A stretch of 64,000 nt of DNA from Psilocybe cubensis (Eukaryota), in the NCBI GenBank assembly GCA_017499595.2, contig CM038999.1, positions 3,410,001 through 3,474,000 of the forward strand, read 5' to 3'. Of the stretch, positions 52,901 through 64,000 are shown piece by piece. Within the stretch, counting starts at the first letter, position 1, and each line of letters opens with the position of its first letter. Both the position numbers and the translations under genes were made by a program. Below the pieces are notes generated by a model. That model was not told where the DNA came from. It searched no databases and worked only from the letters and a program-made list of their open reading frames with translations.

Positions 52901-55900
52901 GCGTGGGTGCGCAGGCGGTGTGATAGGAATTGCAAGGGAGATGTTGTCAATGACGGATAGGATGGAGATTAGGAATTGAGATGGCGACTAGGCTGTGGGG
53001 TGTCAGCCAGCGGGGTAAGCAGGAGGTGGAGGATGACGGGGAGAATGGGACTCACAGTGCACAATACTCTCTCTCTCTCGTTTCTCGGGGTGATGACACT
53101 GGCGATGTGGGTGATGTGTCCCGCCTGCTCTGCTCTGCTCTGTGCGTTGCGGCGGGCGATGCGGAGGGCCGACAGCGAGCGAATGGAGGGAGGGAGGGAG
53201 GAGGGGGCAGCGGAAGAAGTGGGCGGGGTAGAGAAGAATGGGAGATTCGTCTTGTACGATTTTTTAACACAGGGCCAAGTGCTTTCCCCGATAACGCTCG
53301 CTCGCAGCACAAGCCTCCTCTGCTCTCGTCGTCAATCCGTCGGTGGGGAGAAGAAGCAGTGGAAAGAAGAAAACAAAAGTATCCTACTTAGCTCGCAGCC
53401 CTGCGAAAAGGGAATCTGGGATGGTACGTATCTATCCTGCCAGCCAGCGTTCGTTCACAGGACTAGGCACCCCATCAATCCATCATCCACATCCCACCAA
53501 CCAAACCGGTCTTGACTAAATATACCTCCGACCGTGCCTGGCTATCCATTAACTCCCTTCCCTCAGCCCTGACTTTCCCCCCTCCCTCCCTTTTCTGCAA
53601 ATACCCCGTTACATTTCTGCCACCTAGCTATGCGTGTGTATACGCGCGTGATATGTGCGATGTGTGATATTGATAACAAAGACAGCCAGGAAGATGTGTT
53701 ATGCCACCGCACGTTACGTACGTACGTACGCACCATACCCCCCAAAAAACAAACCGTAGTACGACTGCTTCCTCGGCTTGGCGTCTTGGCTCGCAAGCCG
53801 TGAGAATGCGCGCGTGCGACCCGCGACCCGTCCGTCCCGTCTGCAAAAAAAAAAAAAAAAATTGAATCCCATTCTATTCTCGCACCGAGCTCGAGGAGTC
53901 GGAAACCCACTCAACGCCCTCACTGGCATCGGATTTGCCATCTCGGAATTGGCGGCCACAGTCTAGTGACTCACGACGCCCGCGGCCGTCTTACATCCCT
54001 CCAGAGTCCACCCGAGTGAGCTCTTCCTCCGCCTCTCTAGTCCTAGACAACCCACGAACACGAACCACGTCCACACCCGTCCACATGCCACTGCCACCCC
54101 CCATCCGCACAAAAGTCAACGCAGACAAGGACAGGCATCCTTCTTCCACTCCCAATGCCAATTGCCAATGCATGCCGCACTCGGCACACCGGCATCTCCT
54201 TCCCATGCCGCATGCCTGCCGTCAGTCAAGTAGGTAGGCATACATGTATGTACGTACGGCAGCCCATTTTTGTCGTGCATACATATATCTATCTATCTAT
54301 CTATGTTAATGGTAATGGTAATGTTATATTTACCCTCCTGTCCAATCTACCCACGTCCACCGAGTTCGAGTTCACGTTCAAGTTCAAGTTCACGTTCGAG
54401 TTCGAATTCGAGGCATCGAGCGAACCGACTCATTGATATTCACTCCAACACCAACACCAATTCCAACTCGACTTATAAGTTATAGATATAATTCTAATTC
54501 TAATTCTAATTGCAAGCAAGATATCTCTCACAACATACCCCTCCTCTCGTAGTTGTGTCATGTCATATCATATCCATAAACATATTCATATTCATATTCA
54601 TATACGCGTACGCGTGCTTTCTTACGTCCGTCCGTCCGTCTAAACCTACACCTGCCTACACCAGCACAGACAATCACATCACACCACGAGTCGAACACCC
54701 CTCCAATCCTAATCCCATTTCATTACAATCTTCACCGAATCTCCGTCCAGGTCCTAGGTCTTCATAATACTAAGTAATAATACTAATAGTTAATGTGCCC
54801 TGAATCAATAATGAACACCCCTTAATAACATATAATATAATATAACATACCAGTCGTAAATTAAGTCAACGTGCGCTACGCTACGTACGCGCAGCAGCAC
54901 CCCCATTCCATCCATCCTCGCTGCCGTCTTACAATTACCATTCCTTACTTTCTATTATCATAGTAAGTATCACTATATATATAACTATCAGAAAAATCAC
55001 TCCGATCAATGATCTATAGTATCACTATCCAAATCAAACGCCGATCTTTACTAAGTAAGTACACACTAGTAATACTTCCTATAGCTAGTAGTAGTACCAC
55101 CACCCTCGTACACGGTACCATAACCCTCATGCAGAGCAATCATCTAAATTCTTCTTCGGGTTGATTCCAGTTGATTCCAGTTGATGATCATGTTCACAAG
55201 TAAGACGGTCGTCATACTCACACTACTCACACTACTCGCATTGCAAGTACTATAATAACCATTACCATTACCATCATCATCATCATGAATCTAATATGAT
55301 CCTCGTACTCGTACCCGCCCCCGCCCACGCGCAGCAGCACCAGCACCAGTACATTTATTCTATTTATTCTTTCGTCCCATCCCATCGCCGCACATCCCAT
55401 CCCATCCCATCCCATCACCTCGCCGCACATCACATCACATCAAATCATCTCTATGAAAACAATTATATCACCACGTTTTAAACTTGAACCACGTTTTACA
55501 ATGTTCTTGACTACCCACGTTTACAGTTTTTAATTATCATCACTAGTAGTAGTAGTAGTAGTAGGCATACTTATCATACTTATCACCTCTGTACGATCGG
55601 ATCCCAAGCGCAAATCACCACACCACTCACCACACCACTCACCACTCAACAATCAAAAAACAGTATCCAATCGACAATAAGCAGTCGACAGTCGATAGAA
55701 TTTCGAAAACCAATAATTTAATAATAAATGTAAGGCTCTCTACAATTTACAAACCACTGCCAAACGAAAACAAAACAAAACAAAAAAGCACTTCTATGGC
55801 ACAAACCTACGTACGCACGTACGCCTGCCTACATATACCTCTACTTAAACTTGAATCTACAACTACGTGTGCCCGAAGCATCCGAGACTCGAGTAAAATA

Positions 55901-58350
55901 CCAAACCACCATGATCAATCATCAGTTCCATATGCTCTCCACGACGACGACGGCGAGGGGGAGGAGGGGGAGGGACACAGCTTTCAAAATTTATGCCCAC
56001 CATCACCATCACCATTCAATATTCAATAACAGACAATTACTCAACTCAACATCCAACACCGTACCTCTCCACCGTAACTCAACACACCAACACCGACACA
56101 CACACCTACTTACAGACACATGTACATAAATCTCCAGGGGCACGGACTGGCACGGACGGACAATTCACGAGTCGGAGAAATCCAAATCCAGGGGTAAAAA
56201 TTAAATTAAATTAAATGAAGGGCAGGAACAAGGCACGCCGGAAGAACTTTGACTTCGCCTTGTCAATGGACTTGGACTTGGGAATGGACTTGGGAAAGGT
56301 AAAACTCTACGTATATATTACAACTCGTAATGTATGTCGTGATTCTGCTCTACATATATTATTTATGTTATGTTATGCTTATGCTTATGGTATGCGTATG
56401 TTGCCTCTGAACCGTGAATCCGTGACCCGTGAATCCGTTTCTGTACCTCAGGCTTACAGGTTAAACTATTCAATACATACATTCAATGCACGTTCATTAC
56501 AACGGCTTGATCGAGATACTTGTCTTTTATTATTATCAAGTTTAAATCACCAAGTAGTAATTATACTTACGCCTTGAAGCCGGGTAAACGGCCCATACAC
56601 ATCGTTACCCTCGGAGCGCCGTACCTTTCTTTCCCTCGCCTTCAATTTTACTTTATTTTATTTTATTTCCTAGTCAAGCAATAAGCGCCCATCCTCCTCT
56701 CAGTCTTTTCATTCTTCTCTTCACAGTCAATCAATAAATCAACAGTACACGAATTCTACAACAAATCGCAGTTCCATGTCCGCACGTACACTCCGAGCTC
56801 CCTGCTATAATCTGAAATCACCGCACCCGCACTGGTTTAACGTTACACTTACAGTAACACGTACTTGCACTAGTACGGCATCGTTCATGTTCTCCTGGGA
56901 CCTGAACCTGACTCCTGAGTTTGACCCAAGCCTGACCTGGACAGTGTCGTAGATAAAACATAAACTTAAACATAAACATAAACTCGAAAAACAAACAAAC
57001 AACCAGACCAAAACCTGACCAAAACCTGACGTGAAAGGTTAGGAACATGGAGGGTTGAAACTGACCTGCTGACGACCTGCCAGTGCCAGTAGCAGGCACT
57101 GAGCAAATATACGAGGCTTTTTCTTTTTCTTTCAGAGTCAGGACTCGGAGTCAGAATGTCAGAATGTAATGCGGTGCCTGGTTGGTAGATGGTATACGGG
57201 AAGTACACCTTTACTTTTACTAAGTGTATATACGTAACGGGGACCAAAAAAATGAGGAGGAGGAGGAGGAGGAAGATGTATTGAACTAAAATCTCATAAA
57301 TTCCAGGTCACCTGCTATACTATGTACCTAGTACAAGAAGCGATAGAAAACCCCACCGCATTATTCGGAAATTGTACCTGACTTCCACGTCCACATCCAT
57401 ATCCATATCCACGATCTAAATTCTCGTCGAGTCCTCCAATAAACGAAATAATCTCCGGATATCGGTACGGGTAAGGGGTACGTCCTACGCATCTACTAAC
57501 ACTTAATCCATCGTGATTTTCCGCAGACTAGCCAATAACTGACTGAGCTGACTGACTGGCTGGCTGGCTCACGGAACATCAAACCAATCATCGGATTCCG
57601 GGGTACACCTAAGTATATCTGATTATTCTGATATATCTGGTGAGTCCTGGACCAAATAACATAATTAACATCAGGCGTGTTCAACTTGACACCACACCAC
57701 CACGACTCGGACTCGATCAATATTCAATATTCAATTGGCACTCCCGTCCTCGCTTTCACTTTCATTTTCACTTTCACTCTCGCACTTGCAAGCATCCTCG
57801 AGACCCGGTACCTCAATTTTCATTGAATTTAAAATTATATTAAAACAATATCTGCATTGACACTGTGTCACTGACAGCCGTGCGGCGGTCCCAGTGGAAT
57901 GTGAACGAACTGATGTGAAAGCGGGTTTGCCAGGTTGCTGCGGTAATTGGTGGATATGGTGGGTGTGGGTGTGGGTGTGGGTGTGGGTGGTGGGGTTGTA
58001 AATTGTACTGTCAGGAACCGCTCATTGGCAGTGTTAAGTGTTAAATCCAATCCCGGCGTTTTCCCCTCCTGAAATGGTGCGTCTCCGTGTTTACAGGTCC
58101 TCAAGGAATCGAGAATCGAGAATCGAGATCTTTCGAGGGAGAAAGAAATGTTCAACTGAACAAGGTTTGAAGGAGCCTTACGGGGCTAATCGACTCGGAA
58201 ACGATGTCTAGCGCTTGTATGGTATCCGACCGGAGTCGATTTGGACGTCGAGGACAATGTCGATGCCCACTCGGTTAACAGTTACAGTGAGTGAGAACAC
58301 CATCTACTATTTACTATTCAATATTCAATATTCAATATTCAATATTCAAT
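43960..58350. repeat. Domain rich in microsatellites and homopolymers
   Basis: Dense poly(A) runs, (CAG)n, (CCT)n, (AGT)n, (GTGGGT)n, (TATTCAA)n and many 5-6-mer stutters in coding, intronic and intergenic DNA. Boundaries are approximate. Confidence 0.8.
45081..52850 (-). CDS. OPT-family oligopeptide transporter with a greatly expanded low-complexity N-terminus
   Basis: EEDSPFPEVRASVSNIDD, NPGPWNIKEH, VWPASMVWPQNL, YPEVPDWW, DLKLGHYVKVPPR and WWSKFNYVLSSALDSG. Exon 1 (52850-50092) joins 47952 in frame (GSIK-MEFDFD). Confidence 0.9.
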
Positions 58351-59929
58351 GTTCAGGGAAGAACATTAATTAAATTCATCCTGCCACTTTTTCTTTTTTC
58401 GACTCTGGTCGTATCTGACCGTGACCTTCAAAATGTCTCTCCCGAGCTCCGAGCTCTCAACGCACTTTCACAAAATTGGCCTTCCCAACTCGCTTTACTT
58501 ACTCGCGAGTTAATAAATTAAATTAATTCGACACCCGACAGTGTAGGTATAATCCACAAAAGTCAACTGACATTGACACTGACACTTTCTGCGTGTTTCT
58601 TTTTGTTTCTATTCACCTTTTTTTCCGTGATGTCAGTCTGCACGACACATACCTGCCAGGAATATCCATTATCAATCCTGACAGACACGGTTCAACTGAC
58701 AACCCACCAGACAGCCTGGGTAGCCGCTCTCATTGTCTCTGCTTTGCTTTACCCTCTGCCCTTTGAAGTGGTGATGTAGCCAATGGGGTCGAGGTCTAGA
58801 GGGGGTTATTCGAACTTGTCACGCCTCATGTCCGTTATCACGAACCAGTCGTAGGCCTTATATGATATGAACATGACATTTTCATTTCTGGCGTTGTCGA
58901 GATAGCCGTGAACGCACATAGATAAATTAACGGGAACGTCAGTGCGATAAGTCGCGAATGCAGCGAGGCTGATTAGGGTCAGTGGTCATATGCACTAATA
59001 TGGACCACCCGAATAGCTCGTTATCATATCTGTTGACAACGAAAATGCGAATATCCGTCGGACAAGCACACCGCCGCCGAGTCCCAAATATCAAAGGAAA
59101 TTGAAAACACACTTCAACTATAACACAAGCTCTATAGTATACCACCCCAACAACAACTTCATCAAACTCGAACGACCCCACCAAAAATTAATCAACAGTG
59201 TATTTGTAGTACTTGCGCGGAGCAAGTGATCAAAGCATTTACTCACTATTACGAGATCCCACCTCAACACCAGACGGGGATGACGCTACCCTGACCGCAT
59301 ACAGTGCCATACACACAGTCGCACGGGCCACATCTGGCATCCTGTACAAGCAAAACCGCGCTAGAAGCACGTACCATAAGTAGCTCCACTCTGCCGCCCG
59401 CGCCAGAGAGAGAAACATACACCAAAAAAGGTAAATTCGCGAATCACAGCTGCCTCGGACCCCATTGGCAGACGCCCTAAAGGGTTCACGCGTTGAGTGT
59501 ACTAAACTAAGCACTGGAGTCTGGAGCAGAAGTTAGCATTGCCAATGGCTTGTTGGGGTCGATGGATGCTGATGCGGCGGTGCTTTGAGAGACTAGAAAG
59601 TGAAGTACGGTAAGATGAGTTGGAGGGTGGGGACATCGCGAACGGAATAAGGATGAGCAGGATAGGTTTCGAAGTTGGAGAAAGACTCGGACAGTCACCA
59701 AGTTCTTATGGGGGGGACTTGTGCCGGAGAAGGCGTCCGGTGCTGCACATCCAGTGGTCTTGTTGAAGGCTGTTAAATGTCGTTAGCAATGTACCTTTCC
59801 TTTTCCTCCGTATACGACCTTGGATTGATCATGGTGCAAAATATGGCGAGCCGAAGTCGCGGGTTCCAGATATACCAAAGCTGTTCCTGGTGAACTAATT
59901 TCACCAGTGGTAAGACATGTAGAATCACT

Positions 59930-60094
59930 GAACTTGAAAAAGTGTTTGAGAATTCCAAGACGAATCAAGAAGGGATTTCAAAGAAATATATAGTCAGGAC
60001 ATAAGCGTATGGCCCACCATTTCCATTGAAGGCTTGTACTTAATGGGCGATATGGAAGACAAAAGCGCAATGGCAAGCCGTGTGAAAAACCCCC
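59930..60094 (-). repeat. Inverted copy of the repeat at 31704-31917
   Basis: Reverse-complement match that lacks an ~50-nt internal segment present in the left copy. Confidence 0.85.
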
Positions 60095-60352
60095 GAATTG
60101 ATGACGCCCTCACGTGCTGTTGAATGGGCCGCGGTCGCGATCGGAAATAATGGTGGTTTGTGCACAGACACCTTCACTTCCGTATACTTCATAAGAATGA
60201 CTGACAAACAATCAACTAGGTAGATCATTTGTCATTTTGCTTGTTCTAATTTCTTACTTTATCATCATTTTGCTCAGTGAACCGCAAACCCTTCAGGCCG
60301 TGTACGTCACGCTGGCAGAGGTGCCGACTGCCGCTTTTGTGTGTATTGATAC

Positions 60353-63300
60353 TTGAATTGTCGTATTAACATGGTTCTTGCAGAGTATCTGTTACTCCAC
60401 ATTGGCGATCATCCCTTTCCCTCTGTCAGACCTCAGATCGCACACGAGATGGAGCGTGAATTCGTGCGTTGCGAATTCGACGCATTTATGAAAGCGTATC
60501 TCCCTTTCGTGCCGGATGACGCAGATGTTAAGGAATGCATCGACAAGAAGCTCAGACCTCGGCAGCTTATGGGGGGCACCGACGCGTCCAAACTTTGCTT
60601 TAATCATTATCGGGCACCCCCGACCACCGCAAGCTCGGAAATGGAGACTTACAAATCGATACAAGACATCGCTCACGCTGTTGGCCTATACGCACACCCT
60701 ACCCGGAAGCGTAATCAGTTCCACTATCGGGATACCCCCTATAGCCATATCACTTCCGAAACTTTTGGCTCTACTCACAAAGTAGACGCTTGCTTCACGT
60801 CCGACCCTACCCCTTCTCGTTCAAATAATAAAGCCATGAAATTAAACACAACTTCGATGGCTGTGCCACTTGGGTTCAAGTTGTCTTCGTCCAAGAGACA
60901 CGAGGTCATTCACTTTCATTTGCCTGAAATTTTCTACGTTCTAACGAGATCCCGGTTTCAGAACAACAAAAAAATCGTGTCGGCGAACGTCCAGATCATG
61001 AACGGTGACGTTCGTCGCATGTTTACATTTGGAGTGCGCTTGTTTCTCTTCACAAGTTCTGGTCTTGATCTAACTTTGAAATTTAAGATCACAATTGAAT
61101 GTGATCAAGTCACTTTATGGTTTCATTGTCGATCGCATTCTGCGATTTCCGTGCCATTTAGTTTTGTAACGGTATGGATAATTAGACATGTAACAGGGAA
61201 TCTATATTCATACAACTTTTCTTACCAGGAACCTAAGAAATTGATCAAGGTGTTCATGTCTATCCTGTTTGCAACGGATGAAGCTCGGTTACGACCCGTT
61301 GGTAACGTTAGATCAACATCACAACTACGTTTTCAACATGACGAAGGATGGCGGGCCAGTTCGACATTTTCAAGTGATCCGGCCAATATCGATATACCGT
61401 TCCAATAACATTACGGGTCGCATGTCACGGATATTCAAAGTCACGGAAGTCAATTCTAATCCCCCATCTACTTTTGTTCTGAAAGATGTTTGGATTGAAG
61501 AATCTGCGAACACAGAGGGACAGATTCAGGAAGCCATTTTCGCCGACATTGAGAAATTTTGGCAAGAAACCACCCTCCCCGAAGAAAAAGAAGGTCTCGC
61601 CAATCTCAAAAGGAAGCATGCAGCGCTTGTTGCCAGTAAAGGGTACAAGGATTATTTTCTTTCCATTGAAACCGACCTAGAAGGCTCCTTGTCTAAGGAC
61701 ATTGTTCCTGCATATTCTCTCCAGAGAGGACTGTTCAACCCTCCCCTACGTGCAAAGCAACGTTCAGTTTTCTCCGGCCAAGGTTCCCGTCATTCTGCTG
61801 GAACACCGCGTCCAATCTCAAATGCAGAGAAGCCTCAGACCTTGCATAGGGACTACCTGCAGAAGAAGCAATATCGTGTCGTTTTTAAGGAGGTGTGCAA
61901 GTCGATTGGGGAGTTGGTCTACGTCGGAGAAGTGATTGATGTGCTACGTCAAGTTCTCACCCGTAAGTCTGGTGTGTTGTTACACGTTCGTGGCCATTAA
62001 TCACGATCGCTCCTTGTCTAGCTTTGCAGCTCATGTTCTGCGCTGGCTGGGTTCACCGTGATATCAGCTGTGGCAATATCTTAGCTCATATGCATGATGC
62101 TAAATGGCAGGTCAAGCTGTCTGATCTAGAATATGCAAAGCAGTTTCCCCCGCCACAAGATTACAAACCTGCTACTGACCCTAAAACTGTATGTTTATTT
62201 CCTCAACTACGCTTGCCTGATACTTATTTTCCTTTAGGGGACACCTTATTTTATGCCACATGAAATTCTCGACCGGCGGTACCTCTACATAGCTTCAGAT
62301 GCTGCACCTGACAAATTCGCCAGTTATGCGCAGCTCCGCAAACAGAAGGACCAGAAGGATGCCGACACTCAGCAACCTGCCACTCCCGATGTCACTGTTT
62401 CTCAAGGGGAACAAGTCCAAGACTCCGTGCCTCAGATAGAAACGACTGTGCAAAAGGACAGCACAGTGTTTAATGCACAGAAAGAGCTCCCTGCTGAGGC
62501 TATCAGCGACTCCTCCAATACCGAGCAAGTTGACCATCCCAAGCTCGATCAATTGCCACCACTCAACCGTAGGAATCAAGGCAACGGTGATCAGTCTGAC
62601 GGCGACGTATTCGGTCCCTTTGAGCATGAAGAAACAAACCCTTTTTTAGAGGGGAGCGTAGTCATTAACGATGGACCGGAGGACTCTGACGCAAGCTACG
62701 AGGACGAGGACGATGACGATGACGATGACGATGCAGAGACAAAACCCAACCGGATAGTCGTCCACAATTTCCAACACGACTTGGAATCCCTCTGGTGGGT
62801 GCTACTATGGAACATTACCGCCCGTAGTAATCGAAAGATCTCCAACGAGTGGGCGAGAGATGTCTTTCACAACTCCCTCAATCTAACTTGGGCCCGACGA
62901 GCCTGTATCATCGACGAGGTTTTGACCGACATGAAGCGTATTCTGGCAAAGCCTCTGAAGTGTTTTGCACCCCATATTGAGGACCTTAGGCATTTCTTGA
63001 AACGAGAATACGTCACCCGTGAAGAGCTCGGCGACCTTGATTCTTTCGAATCATACGTTCCGATCCACAATGCGTTCGAAACCGTCTTTAATTCCCTTCT
63101 TTCCGAGCTTCCTTCTACCTGGCGCAAAGTAAAGCTTGTAGTCAATGGTCCAGAGGACGGTAGCGGGGAGGAAATTCTTCACACGACTCTATCCCCAGGC
63201 TCAGGTGCACAACGTGAAGATAATGTTGCCGGGACAGAGGCCAATGGTCCCACCGCGGCTGCTAGCGGCGTCGCGCAGTTGGAAAAGCCTGCCCGAATCA

Positions 63301-63383
63301 AACGGGAGCTGTCAGAGGATGAATTGACGCCTGCTCGACGTGCAGGCCCGTCCAAACGCTCAAAACGAGGCAATGCTGATTGA
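60353..63383 (+). pseudogene. FunK1-type protein kinase (copy 2) with a frameshift
   Basis: WVHRDISCGN, LSDLEYAK and QHDLESLWW. The frame changes at ~61283 between ILFATDE and LGYDPLV (copy 1 reads ILFATEEGLGYDPL). The start is uncertain. Confidence 0.82.
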
Positions 63384-63578
63384 TGTACCCTGTTATCTAC
63401 TTACTATGATGTTGATGTCTTCAGTTTTTCAATGTGGCATTCAAGGGAGATAGGGAAATGCTAGGATAATTGAATCGAAGTAAATAAGGCCTGCAGGCAC
63501 GGCATACACGCAGTATCATAGTGTCTCAATTAAAGCTATACAAAAATCATATCGATATACATTAATTTCTACGTACAA

Positions 63579-64000
63579 TCATACATCAGTGGCATCCTTT
63601 GAATGTTCCCAAAGCTTTTGCGTCAGTTCTTTGTTTCCGTAATACCCTTTCTTGCCTAGATCTTCTCCCTTTCTTCCCATTCTATAAGCACCAATGGTTG
63701 TATTGAGAAGACCTGACCACAAATACTCCGCGCATTGGTCTTGAGTAACAAGAAATGGTTTAGCGAGAGCATTCGCAACGGGTGCGACAGCACGCATCCA
63801 CGGTGTACGCGCGGAGTTCATAAGATTGGTGGAAACACCACCAGGGAACACATGTGAGAAAACGATTCCGGGGTTTCGTTCATGGAATGCCTAGGAAAAT
63901 ATATCAAAAATGAGAGGGAAATGAAATGATACGAATCATACCTCGATCATCAAGTCGTTATAGGTGGCGGCAGATTCTGCCGCATTTTTTACAGAGAATG
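63579..64000 (-). CDS. SDR-like protein (copy 3), 3' part truncated by the window edge
   Basis: AATYNDLMIE, an intron, then AFHERNPGIVFSH...KLWEHSKDATDV, very similar to copy 2. Confidence 0.9.

Noticed and set aside
53000-59700. Many 60-180-aa ORFs
   Set aside because: Low-complexity translations with no recognisable domain or consistent splice model.

Overview
Intron-rich fungal DNA, inferred to be from an agaricomycete basidiomycete (FunK1 kinases, a KDZ transposase, mostly ~50-nt introns). The main feature is a complete ~15.36-kb DNA transposon (715-16072). It has 304-bp near-identical terminal inverted repeats and a 7-8-bp target-site duplication, and it sits inside an exon of a membrane-protein gene. 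It carries six genes: a CxC2-KDZ transposase that appears intact, a TET/JBP-type 2OG-Fe(II) dioxygenase, a Zn2Cys6-cluster/coiled-coil protein, a proline-repeat protein and two unassigned proteins. Three of the cargo genes each contain one premature stop. The element is strongly enriched for the CpG-rich octamer TCCGCCGT/ACGGCGGA, which is concentrated in two enlarged introns, one of them a nested 41-bp hairpin. This suggests a self-targeting anti-silencing module, which is inference and untested. The rest of the window holds three paralogous SDR oxidoreductases, two FunK1 kinases (one frameshifted) plus a relic, a GH16 glucanase, LSM4 and several hypothetical genes. It also holds an OPT transporter whose N-terminus and first intron are greatly expanded inside a ~14-kb microsatellite-rich domain. 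All exon models and counts were made by eye, and no database searches were run.
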